Positions 1 to 9,942 of a stretch of DNA of 48,194 bases are shown in pieces. The notes below the pieces were generated by a model. The model ran no database searches and had not been told where the DNA came from. It was given only the letters and a program-made list of their open reading frames with translations. Source of the DNA: Octopus bimaculoides (taxonomy: Eukaryota); contig NC_068982.1 of NCBI RefSeq assembly GCF_001194135.2, positions 40,231,281 to 40,279,474 of the forward strand, written 5' to 3'. Each line of letters starts with the position of its first letter. The stretch's first letter is position 1. Both the position numbers and the translations under genes were made by a program.

Positions 1-75
<75 letters not shown>

Positions 76-90
76 TATTATTATTATTAT
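1..90. repeat. (CAT)n then (TAT)n microsatellite
   Basis: Directly visible trinucleotide runs. Confidence 0.98.
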
Positions 91-105
91 TTCTATGAAA
101 AAGAC

Positions 106-325
106 GGCGAGCTGGCAGAATCGTGAGCACGCTGGACGAGATGCTTAGCGGTATTTCGCTCATCGCTACGTTCTGAGTTCAAATTCCGCAGAGGTTGACT
201 TTGCCTTTTATCCTTTCGGAGTCGATAAACCAAGTAGCAGTGAAACACTGGGATCGATGTAAGCGACTAGTCCTGTCCACAAGATTTTTGGTCTTGTGCC
301 TATAGTAGAAAGGATTATTATTATG
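106..325 (+). mobile_element. tRNA-derived SINE, family A (octopus-type)
   Basis: A-box-like TGGCAGAATCG and B-box GAGTTCAAATTCC, central GGTTGACTTTGCCTTTTATCCTTTCGGAGTCGATAA domain, tail CTTGTGCCTATAGTAGAAAGG. More than 10 related copies occur in the window. Confidence 0.9.
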
Positions 326-481
326 AATTAAACGGAGGGGGAGTGCCGGCAGAATCTTTAGCACACCGGAGGAAAAGAATTAACGACCACTCTTCCGGCT
401 TTACGCTCTGTGTGCAAGTTCTACTGGGGTTGACTTTAACTTAATCCTAAATTTCATATCTTGTATCTATAGCAGAAAGAG

Positions 482-924
482 TTATGAATTCAATAGTTTT
501 GTGTGATTTGATACTACCCCATTGTGTCCACCCCGGTGTTTGTAAAGAGGGTACACCAATGTGTTTTCATTATGTGGAACAATGTTTTGGGGATGTGAAT
601 AATTTTGCAATTTTGCTCTTTTCTGTGGTTTTCGAAGTATATTGTTTCATGAGTGTAAAATTACCTGTGTTGGTTTATTGCCATGCAGTGATATATAACT
701 TAATGAGTGTGCACTGTGTGATATGTGTCATATCGGTTGTCATTTGTATAGAATGTGAATTATGTGAATTGCTTTGGTATTTAATGTGTAATAGAATATC
801 GACTTTCGATTATGCAAGAGTAGTGTGTTGTATTACGTAATTGGATAATGATTGTACGGAGTATATATTTTGTGTGGGTTATGTTATATATTTAGATAAT
901 ATTTGTGGTGAGTATGTTATGTGA
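482..924 (-). mobile_element. Putative 3' UTR of the old R4/Dong-like LINE
   Basis: Lies directly downstream (minus strand) of the RLE remnant. Its end loosely resembles the Dong 3' end at 4994-5100. No coding signal. Confidence 0.3.
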
Positions 925-1545
925 GTTGTATAGACTGTATGAACGGAACTCAGAATGGCGTCTCTCTCCTGTTGTTCGTATCTATTTTTTTTAGTTTAAT
1001 CGTGTTCTGCGTTTAATCCTACTTCTTACCAATTGTTTTGTGGTTCTATATATATTTCCTTACTCACATACAACTTATTGCTATTTCAAGATCTTTGTAC
1101 GTAAATAATTTCTCAACTTCTATCCAGTCGAAGAGTCAACCAGAGTTCAAAAATTATCCTTCTAGTCCTTATATTGCGACTCTTTACATTCAATTCTTTG
1201 TCATTCCGGACACGCATGCTCTAAACTTCAATCAAGTGTTTGTAAAATGTCATGTTTAAAACATGTTCATGTTACTGCTTCTCTGTTGCCATGTCGAAAG
1301 ATCGATATTTCGCATATAGTTCAGTTGACCTGGCTACAAGACTAAACCCAGTTTCTGTATATATTCGATCTTCGCATAATGCCGTAAATTGTTTCCTCGT
1401 GCTCACTTCTTAATCTGCACGTGCTGTTAATCTCTTCCTTTACATATTTTCTCTTTCTCGTGGCTAGAAACACATCTGATGTAGTTATTGTCACATCCTG
1501 TTTTCTGTTTTGATTTGGGAGCTTTTAAGCCATTATAGACTTTCA
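925..1545 (-). mobile_element. R4/Dong-clade LINE remnant: CCHC knuckle and restriction-like endonuclease (RLE) region
   Basis: Frameshifted minus-strand translation gives WLKSSQIKTE, LATRK..INSTCRL.SEHEETI, YKDLEIAISCM and AILSSVHT. These match the WL.SS.LK.ETEG / CRLC..EET..H / KYKDLEIEI / LGTAHILR series of RLE LINEs. Confidence 0.72.
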
Positions 1546-1699
1546 CTCCTACTCAGTTACTCTCTGTAGAGTTTTGTAGGATAATGGGAAAGATTGCTGG
1601 CCTTGTGTCAAAATTAGAAAGAAAACAAGAATATTTTTTCTGAATAAGTGCAAAGAAAAAACGGAAAACTTTAAAAGACCAAAAGACAAAATCAAAACA

Positions 1700-2520
1700 A
1701 AATTCCAAATCGTAAGGTTCCAGTGTATTCTTGTGAGTGGCGACAGATGGCGGTATTGTTGAAGGGTTTTCTCTTCGTTTATGTTGTGTATGGGGATCTG
1801 ATTTTGTTTTAGGGAGACCTATTGACGGTGTCCATTGTTGGAGTTCTAGTTTCTGGTGGTGGTGGTGGTGGTGGTGGTGGTGGTGATACTGTTGCTGCAG
1901 GTGCTGGCGTTGATGCAAGTGCTGGTCGTGGTCGGAGTGACACTATTGTATTTCAGGTGTCGGCAAAATATAGGGCTTTACGTTTTCTATTCAAGAAAAA
2001 AAAACCTTTAAATGTTTGATTGCACCACACACGAGGCACTTTAGCGGTTTCTCTGCGAGGAAGATTCGCCTGATATTATGACAGGTATGGCTTTTAATAA
2101 GTCCTGTTAGTCTAATCAAAGAGCACTAATCTTTTCCCGAACCAGTTTTGTTTTTCAATTTTAATTCCAAAGTACTTGTTTCATCTACCGATCGTAACAT
2201 TTCCGATTTTAGTCACAGACGCATACTTCTGGTGGCACGACTACCACCTCTCTCCGTCCGCCACAAGCCTGTCTTTATAAGTTGGTACAATTATGAAATC
2301 CTCATCCTTGCAGAGGTCGATGTAATGCATCTTCGTTTCGACTGTGGGGAATATTACATCTACTGTGTCAAATAGATTTTTGCTGTCACGAAGATTACAA
2401 GCATCTTTCTACTTGTAGATCTATGAGCAACTCGAATTTTTGAGCTTTTCTATGTATACATGGTAGGTTACGTGCCTCTGTTTTTGCGTGTGATTACTTC
2501 TGACTTCTCAGTTTCCGCAT
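1700..2520 (-). mobile_element. Degenerate gag-like ORF1 of another non-LTR element, nested in the Dong-like LINE
   Basis: Minus-strand fragments FDTVDVIFPT, VVVVPPEV and KPLKCLVCGAIKHL (CX2CX4H knuckle lacking the last C), followed by a Pro/Thr-rich stretch that includes (CCA)n. Many stops. Confidence 0.35.
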
Positions 2521-2651
2521 ATTATATAGTTACTTCCTATATTCTATTTTATTATATGTGTTTTTGTGGTTTCTGGTAGGAAGGCTTTAGTCTGCCTTTT
2601 GTTTTTGGTATATATAATCAGATTTTGGGAGGTGTATTTTAAATGCAGTCA

Positions 2652-2691
2652 TTACTATTATTAATATTAATATTATTATTATTATTATTAT

Positions 2692-2761
<70 letters not shown>

Positions 2762-2961
2762 GGTAGTAGTAGTAGTAGTANNNNNNNNNNNNNNNNNNNN
2801 NNNNNNNNNNNNNNNNNNNNNNNNNNNNNNNNNNNNNNNNNNNNNNNNNNNNNNNNNNNNNNNNNNNNNNNNNNNNNNNNNNNNNNNNNNNNNNNNNNNN
2901 NNNNNNNNNNNNNNGTGGTGGTGGTGGTGGTGGTGGTGGTGGTGGTCGTCGTAGTAGTAGC

Positions 2962-3001
<40 letters not shown>
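2652..3001. repeat. Compound (TAT)/(TAG)/(TGG) microsatellite spanning a gap
   Basis: Visible runs on both sides of the N gap at 2781-2914. Confidence 0.95.
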
Positions 3002-3004
3002 TTT

Positions 3005-3591
3005 TGATTGCTTGTACAGTCTAACTAGGTTCCTTACTGCCCGTTTGCAAAAATTGTAACTATGATTGATTACTAGAACAGTTAGAATATTAATGCTTGT
3101 TACCTTATTTTATTTGCATTTAGATTTGCTTTAAGTAATAGTCTGACACGTCTACGATATTCCTAATTAACCATTTCTTTCATTTATGCGTGTTGTATGC
3201 TAATTCATCGATTCTTAAGTATTTGGATGTCTATATTTGATCTCATTCTCTTATCTCAGATTCTTTATCTAGCATGATACTGTTCTTAATTTTTCTCTCT
3301 TCGAAATCGTTTTGGCGCATTTTACTAAGCCGACTCTCTTATTTATTACTTTGGAAAATCTGCGTGCTGTCTACTGCAATGTTTCCGGCTGTTTATCATT
3401 TGCAACATGCAATTCCAGACCATCCACATAGATTGGTGATTAATTCTCCTACCGTCAATATTTGTATCCATATCCAGTTTTGCTTAGCGTGTTGGTCAAA
3501 GTTGTCAACATCAGGTAAAAATGGATTTTGGGAGTGGGTTCCCCCCCCCCCAAATATTCCTTTTCTAATGAATGGAGAGTTAGCTTTTAGA
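3005..3591 (-). mobile_element. R4/Dong-clade LINE remnant: RT core and thumb
   Basis: Minus-strand translation gives IRKGIF (motif B region), KTGYGYK, IYVDGLELHVANDKQ (decayed Y.DD), GLVKCAK and EYRRRVRLLLKANLN. Multiple stops and frameshifts. Confidence 0.82.
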
Positions 3592-3761
3592 TTACAGAGT
3601 GGGAAACGCTAAGCAGTGATAAGTAAAATTATAATGTTATTATCAGTCCGAATATACTTGAGGCACGTTCGAACTGGAGAACAAGCTACTCACTGCGTTT
3701 TGTCAGGGAGAATATATCTCGCTTGTTGACAAATGGCATGTGTGTACCAAGATGAGCTCGC

Positions 3762-3828
3762 AGCGTCACCTACCCAGATTGTGAGATGCTAGCATTTAAG
3801 AGTTATCTCCTCTTCGGTTACAGACACC
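3762..3828 (-). ncRNA. Decayed minimal type I hammerhead ribozyme, copy 2 (inverted)
   Basis: Minus strand reads CTGTAA-CCGAAGA-GGAGATAACTC-TTAA-ATGCTAGCAT-C-TCACAA. Same core, stem II and palindrome as copy 1; the GAAA is mutated. Confidence 0.55.
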
Positions 3829-4056
3829 AAACGGGATATATTTTCCCTGATAAAACGCAGTGAGTAGCTTGTTCCCCAGTTCGAACGTGCTTCAAGCATA
3901 TTGGTATTGATAATAACATTACAATTTTACTTATCACTACTACTGCTTAGCACCCACTTCCCTAATTTACTTACGGTGAGCCGCCTTATAGCGCTACCAG
4001 TCACTGTATGATGACTGGAAATGCATAAGAGAGTCAATCTCTTCAGTCATCTCATA

Positions 4057-4142
4057 GCGCCGCCTGCCTGGTGTTTGTGACCGAAGAGGAGATTACTTAC
4101 TACTCCATAATGCTAGCATCTCAAAGCCTGGGTAGATGGCGC
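4057..4142 (+). ncRNA. Decayed minimal type I hammerhead ribozyme, copy 1
   Basis: TTGTGA-CCGAAGA(4081-4087)-GGAG..CTCC stem II-ATAA (in place of GAAA)-palindrome ATGCTAGCAT(4110-4119)-C(4120)-TCAAAG. Helix I extends to GCGCC/GGCGC. Confidence 0.6.
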
Positions 4143-4201
4143 TGCGAGTTGATATAGGTGTATATACACCATTTGTCAACAAACAGGATATAGCATAACA
4201 A

Positions 4202-4512
4202 TTAGCTTTTAGAGTTTCCACTTTTGTCTGTATTGGCGAGACTGCTTGTCACTCGTGACATGTTTCATATGTTTTCTTATTTTCGAAGCTACATTAATCC
4301 AGACTGTATCTCCAAGATTCGTGTGCAGAAAATATCCGCAAAAGTCTTTCGAATGTCAATCCGAATTCAAACCTTTCTCTTACCTTAATCAGTCTGTGGT
4401 TATTGCTTTAGCGATCAGTAATTGATCTGTATGGCTATATAGCCCTTGTAAGCATCCACTCTGCTCATCTGGAGACGGGTTCTTTTTCTTCCAGCCGTTT
4501 GTTTACTCTTTG
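4202..4512 (-). mobile_element. R4/Dong-clade LINE remnant: RT N-terminal motifs
   Basis: Minus-strand EQSGCLQGLYSHTDQLLIAKAITTD matches the EQ.GC..G..G..DQLLI.K motif of RLE-LINE reverse transcriptases. Confidence 0.78.
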
Positions 4513-4684
4513 CAGGAATTCCTGGTTAAGAGTTATGCTCCTCAACTAGTACTCTATTTTATCGACCCCAAAATGACGAAAGGCAAAGTCGACCTCGGCA
4601 GAATTGGAATTTAGAACGTAAAGACGGACGTAACACCGCTAAGCATTTCGCCCGGGGTACTAACGATTCTACCAGCTCACCGCC
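4513..4684 (-). mobile_element. SINE family A inserted in the LINE RT, lacking its 3' tail
   Basis: Head GGCGGTGAGCTGGTAGAATCG and central domain. Flanked by the short direct repeat ACTCTTT. Confidence 0.88.
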
Positions 4685-4935
4685 TAACTCTTTATGATAA
4701 TATTGAAGGTACATCTTTGTAGGTTGTGTTGAGACATATTATGGCTCCGTAGTTATGAGAACTTATGATTTTCCGAGATTTAGGAATTTAGATGGTTTTC
4801 CTTCGGTGAACCAGTCACGTGTTCTCTCTAGGTCTGTCAGTATATCATTAAACTTTTCTGGTAGGATCTTTTATGTCTTGGTAACTTATTTCAACTCGAT
4901 GTTGGGGATCCTGTCATGTCCGGTTTTATTATTAT
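4685..4935 (-). mobile_element. R4/Dong-clade LINE remnant: 5'-most retained part (pre-RT)
   Basis: Minus-strand GHDRIPNIELK, DWFTEGK and NYGAIICLNTTYK match PG.D.I.N.WLK / W.T.G.T / NYRPI.CL.T.YK. It abuts the (TAA)n tract. Confidence 0.75.
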
Positions 4936-4939
4936 TATG

Positions 4940-4995
<56 letters not shown>
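4926..4995. repeat. (TAT)n microsatellite; tail/target of the adjacent LINE end
   Basis: Visible run. Confidence 0.95.
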
Positions 4996-5204
4996 TTATG
5001 TTTGACTTTTGTTTTGCATTTGTACAAGTTGGATCCAAGTCTCACCCAGAGACCTCAAGAGACAACAAGTTAGAAGTTCATGTAGGTGTTATGCCTAGGG
5101 TACCATATATTTGGATTTGTACAGTTTTGTTCAAGTGAATGTTTAAGAATACAGTTTTGTTCAAGTGAATGTTTAAGAATACAGTTTTGTTCAAGTGAAT
5201 GTTT
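4994..5204 (-). mobile_element. 5'-truncated 3' end of a younger LINE (Dong-like) within (TAA)n
   Basis: Unique 210-bp body flanked by (TAT)n on both sides. 5025-5042 is an exact reverse complement of 48177-48194, which is joined to an RLE-coding fragment. Confidence 0.75.
5120..5204. repeat. 30-bp tandem repeat, ~2.8 perfect copies
   Basis: TACAGTTTTGTTCAAGTGAATGTTTAAGAA at 5120 and 5150, plus a 25-bp partial copy at 5180. Confidence 0.97.
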
Positions 5205-5215
5205 TATTATTATTA

Positions 5216-5274
<59 letters not shown>
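5205..5274. repeat. (TAT)n microsatellite
   Basis: Visible run. Confidence 0.97.
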
Positions 5275-5276
<2 letters not shown>

Positions 5277-5277
5277 A

Positions 5278-5477
5278 GCAACGAGCTGGCAGAATCGTTA
5301 CCACGCCGGGTACCTCGTCCGACTTTACGTTCTGCATTCAAATGCCACCGGGGTCGATTTTACCTTCCATGCTTTCGTAGTCAATAAATTAAGTATCAGT
5401 GAAACACTGGGATCGATGTAATCGACTTACGCACTCCTCTAAAACTGCTGGTCTTGTACCAAAATTTAAACCCATTC
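5278..5477 (+). mobile_element. SINE family A
   Basis: GAGCTGGCAGAATCGTT head, central domain, CTGGTCTTGTACCAAAATTTAAAC tail. Confidence 0.85.
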
Positions 5478-6099
5478 TTATGATTATTATTGTTGTTGTT
5501 GTTGTGGTTGTTGTTTCTATTGTTGTTGTTCTTCTTCTTGTTGCTATATATAATATTTATATTGAATAACAATTTCTGTTTCTTCCACGTGATAATTACC
5601 GAAAACTAAAGTAGCAATAAACCTTGTAGGATGTTGTCACGTGCATTCATTATGTTGCCACACCTTCATATTAGAATGTGAAAAAAAAGTATAATTTCTA
5701 AATTACATCCTACTTAATAGATTGGAATTTAATATTTAATCCTCGAAATAACTGTGATCTAGTTATAGGCGTGAGATTTTGAAGCAGCTGTAATTTGCAA
5801 TGAAGAAAGAAGCTTTGCGTAAGATATTAACAAAAAAATGTAAACATCAGTTTTATTGGCGTCTTACTTTCTGTCAAAAGCGACAGGAAAGCCACCTAAT
5901 TGGAAATGATTACTTAAATTACTACATGATGTATTATAGTAATATATTCTATTATAGTAATATATGCTAAATCTCAAATAATATACAAAAAATATTTCAG
6001 AATCAACATTATTCAGTCACGAAGATAATTGCTGTATAATGACATATTTCTGAGGGAGTAATGAAGGTATTATAGCATATAATTGCACTTGTGCGTACG

Positions 6100-6146
6100 T
6101 CTGTATATGTAGAGGTATATGTAGAGGTATATGTAGGAGTATGTAA

Positions 6147-6185
<39 letters not shown>

Positions 6186-6342
6186 AATATATATATATAT
6201 GTATGTATGTATGTATGTATATATATATGCATTTACTTTTACGTACATACAAATATATATATATACAAATAAATGTGTATATACGTGTGTTTATGTGTGC
6301 GTCTGTTTGTGTGTGTGTGTGCGTGTGTGTGTGTGTGTGTAT
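6100..6342. repeat. Compound (TA)/(TATG)/(TG) microsatellite
   Basis: Visible runs. Confidence 0.9.
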
Positions 6343-6583
6343 CTGTAGTACTCAATAGTATGAAAGTTATTTATTCGTACGAATTGATTCATTCAATCTT
6401 GGCATTGGTTGTTTGTGAATCTCCGAGTAACCATATAATGGACTATATATGTATTGATCTGTCCATCCATCTATTTCCTTCTCTCTCACTCTCTCTGTCT
6501 CTCTTTCTCTCTCTTCGCCATCGACGGTGAAAGAGTATGTTTTCCGTACGCGTGAGTTCTAGAATCCACATCTGTTTTCGTGA

Positions 6584-6690
6584 CAAGTGTGCTAGCCATA
6601 TACACCAACGTACACAAGTGCGTTAACTATATACACCAACGTACACAAGTGTGTTAATCATATACACCATCGTGTGTTAACCATATACAC
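6584..6690. repeat. ~31-bp minisatellite, ~3 degenerate copies
   Basis: ATATACACCAACGTACACAAGTG(C/T)GTTAA repeated. Confidence 0.85.
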
Positions 6691-7036
6691 ACGTCTAGAA
6701 ATGTGTGTGTGTTCCTGGCTATGTATGTATTACAAATTAGTGCGTAATACAAAGCGATGTCAATACAGATAGAATATGAAATATTGAAAGTAACAATATT
6801 AAATTTATTGAAATATTTAATTAGTCATCATATTTCGGGCCACAAATTACGTGTCCATTCTGCGTACGTGACGAAACTTAGGCTTGATATTCGTTTTAAC
6901 ATATTTAAATGTACAGAATTTGGGCCGCGTATTATGCTCTCTGGGTTACTAATATCTTCGACTGATGACATATGTTCGAGGTGGAATTAGGTCGAGTTTT
7001 GTAATGAGCAGTAACTATAATGAGTGGTTATTTATT

Positions 7037-7397
7037 CTTTTCTACTCTAAGCACAAGGCCCGAAATTTTTTTTCTGGGGTGGGGGGCAGTCGATTAGATT
7101 GAGCCCAGTACGCAAAGGGTACTTAATTTATCGACCCCGAAAGGATGAAAGGCAAGGTCGACCTCGGCGGAATTTGAACTGAGAACGTAAAGACAGGCGA
7201 AATACCGCTAAGCATTTCGTGCTAATGTTTCTTATTTCTTTATTGCCCACAAGGGGCTAAACATGGAGGGGACAAACAAGGACAGACAAAGGGATTAAAG
7301 TCGATTACATTGACTCCAGTGCGTAACTGGTAGTTAATTTATTGACCCCGAGAGAATGAAAGGAAAAGTCGACCTCGGCGGAATTTGAACTCAGAAT
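7037..7397 (-). mobile_element. Dimeric family-A SINE, 5'-truncated
   Basis: Two head-to-tail monomers joined at GCTAA(C/T)GTTTCTTATTTCTTTATTGCCC, the same junction as at ~11636. Confidence 0.85.
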
Positions 7398-7633
7398 AAT
7401 ACCGATTTCAAACTTTGGAACACAGCCAGGAATTCCTGGTTAAGAGTTATGCTCCTCAACTAGTACTCTCAAAAGGACGAAAGGCAAAGTCGACCTCGGC
7501 AGAATTGGAATTTAGAACGTAAAGACGGACGTAACACCGCTAAGCATTTCGCCCGGGGTACTAACGATTCTACCAGCTCACCGCCTAACTCTTTATGATA
7601 ATATTGAAGGTACATCTTTGTAGCTTGCTGTTT
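7398..7633 (-). mobile_element. Copy of the SINE plus LINE flank from 4513-4722
   Basis: 7427-7623 matches 4513-4722 apart from a 13-bp deletion (ATTTTATCGACCC) and one substitution that I could see. Confidence 0.9.
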
Positions 7634-8489
7634 TAATGAGTGGTTATTTATTATTCATAGTAGTCACTTCCATCGTGCACTTTTAACTCGATGTTGTTGG
7701 TTTGGGTTGTTTTTTTTTTCGTTATTTTTTTTTTTTTTCAGAGCGGCTTACTTTTTATCCACAGGCTGCTGTTATTGCGATCCAATGTTTAAGTAATAAT
7801 TACGCTGTATTTATTCGTATTCCTGACTGTTTTAGATTTCTTCTGAAAGACAATGCACGTGCGCGGTAATGGCTGTGTAATGGTCGAATTTTGCTGATTC
7901 AGTAATCGTTGCATTGTCATCAGTAGATGTCATATTCAACGAAAGTGTACAAGCAATGTATCTACACGTAAACTCATACAACAACTATTCCTTGTAGTTA
8001 AAACACTTCAGTTAGGCTGTCAGTAGGGCAAAGCTAGATATTAGGCTGGCCCACGCTGGACATCTTCGTATATGTTTTTCTTCAAAAACGGTTACCCAAC
8101 GGCAGAAGCACATGCACGCTGGCCAACTATTACTTTCTCATACATCAGATGTACATACTCAAAATGAAACGAATGTTGCATCGGAAGCACGGTTCGACTG
8201 CATGCTTCCTCCAAAATCATCTTGGAGATGCAAGAATATTAATCAGAACATTGTAGTTATCATTATAAATCAATGACACTTTTGTTAGTAACTCAGTAAC
8301 CTGCGGATAAAAGAACCTATTCTTCTAAGGAGTGGAATTCTAAGAAAACATTTCAGTAATTTTGTTATTGTTATTTTAAAGTTTAATGTTGTATTTGCAT
8401 CGCTATAGAAGTCTGTAAAACTAATTTCGTACATATTCCACAGTGTTTCGTGCAAACTACGACCCTCTTCTCTATTGATGTGTGTAAGA

Positions 8490-8656
8490 GAGGAGGAAAG
8501 AGATATACAAAGCGAGACGCCGAGAGAGAGAGAAGCACACAAACAGAGGCAGACAGAAAGAGATACGGAGAGAGACAGACAGACAGAGACAGAGAGAGAG
8601 ACACACAGACATAGAAAGAGAGAGATACAGCGAAAGAGAGAGACGGGGAAAGTGTA

Positions 8657-8697
<41 letters not shown>

Positions 8698-8730
8698 TGT
8701 GTCCGTGTCTCTGTCTGTCTGTGTGTTTGT
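8490..8730. repeat. (GA)/(GACA)/(TG) low-complexity tract
   Basis: Visible runs. Confidence 0.9.
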
Positions 8731-9560
8731 GAGTTCGTGTGCATGTGGCTGGATATCTGCTTATATAATGTGGGCTGGAATCTNNNNNNNNNNNNNNNNN
8801 NNNNNNNNNNNNNNNNNNNNNNNNNNNNNNNNNNNNNNNNNNNNNNNNNNNNNNNNNNNNNNNNNNNNNNNNNNNNNNNNNNNNNNNNNNNNNNNNNNNN
8901 NNNNNNNNNNNNNNNNNNNNNNNNNNNNNNNNNNNNNNNNNNNNNNNNNNNNNNNNNNNNNNNNNNNNNNNNNNNNNNNNNNNNNNNNNNNNNNNNNNNN
9001 NNNNNNNNNNNNNNNNNNNNNNNNNNNNNNNNNNNNNNNNNNNNNNNNNNNNNNNNNNNNNNNNNNNNNNNNNNNNNNNNNNNNNNNNNNNNNNNNNNNN
9101 NNNNNNNNNNNNNNNNNNNNNNNNNNNNNNNNNNNNNNNNNNNNNNNNNNNNNNNNNNNNNNNNNNNNNNNNNNNNNNNNNNNNNNNNNNNNNNNNNNNN
9201 NNNNNNNNNNNNNNNNNNNNNNNNNNNNNNNNNNNNNNNNNNNNNNNNNNNNNNNNNNNNNNNNNNNNNNNNNNNNNNNNNNNNNNNNNNNNNNNNNNNN
9301 NNNNNNNNNNNNNNNNNNNNNNNNNNNNNNNNNNNNNNNNNNNNNNNNNNNNNNNNNNNNNNNNNNNNNNNNNNNNNNNNNNNNNNNNNNNNNNNNNNNN
9401 NNNNNNNNNNNNNNNNNNNNNNNNNNNNNNNNNNNNNNNNNNNNNNNNNNNNNNNNNNNNNNNNNNNNNNNNNNNNNNNNNNNNNNNNNNNNNNNNNNNN
9501 NNNNNNNNNNNNNNNNNNNNNNNNNNNNNNNNNNNNNNNNNNNNNATATACATATGAATA

Positions 9561-9722
9561 TATACGACAGGCTTCTTTCAGTTTCCGTCTACCAAATCCA
9601 CTCACAAGGCTTTGGTCGGCCCGAGGCTATAGTAGAAGACACTTGCCCAAGGTGCCACGCAGTGGGACTGAACCCGGAGCCATGTGGTTGGTAAGCAAGC
9701 GATTTACCACACAGCCACTCCT
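9561..9722 (-). mobile_element. SINE family B (CORE-type), 5' half
   Basis: Minus strand: TGGCTGTGTGGTAA A-box, GGTTCAGTCCC B-box, CCTTGGGCAAGTGTCTT CORE-like motif. It runs into the gap. Confidence 0.88.
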
Positions 9723-9867
9723 CTAGTTGTTCTAATGTATCCATCAGAATATTCCGTGCTGTTACTTATGCCTTCAACAAACTATTTGCGAGAGGAAGAA
9801 CTACAAGGTTACCGACGATTCATCCATGTGCAATTCACACGCATACACATCACACGCACACACATAC

Positions 9868-9869
9868 AC

Positions 9870-9942
<73 letters not shown>
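9868..9942. repeat. (GATA)n
   Basis: Visible run. Confidence 0.98.

Larger units (their letters stand above)
3592..4201 (+). mobile_element. Non-autonomous hammerhead-bearing element (retrozyme / Penelope pLTR-like) with an inverted 5' arm
   Basis: 12-bp direct repeat TTAGCTTTTAGA at 3580-3591 and 4202-4213 interrupts the LINE RT. 3608-3720 is the reverse complement of 3832-3951, and 3720-3830 is the reverse complement of ~4068-4190. Confidence 0.75.

Noticed and set aside
1553-1918. His/Gln-rich ORF resembling a transcription-factor segment
   Set aside because: It is driven by (CCA)n inside a decayed retroelement-like block, with no splice or homology support.
5120-5204. CRISPR-like 30-bp repeats (also 6584-6690, 30346-30412, 33708-33754)
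   Set aside because: The units are contiguous with no spacers, there are no cas genes, and the context is eukaryotic.
5086-5421. ORF with a QFCSSECLRI repeat
   Set aside because: It is the translation of the 30-bp tandem repeat, (TAT)n and a SINE.
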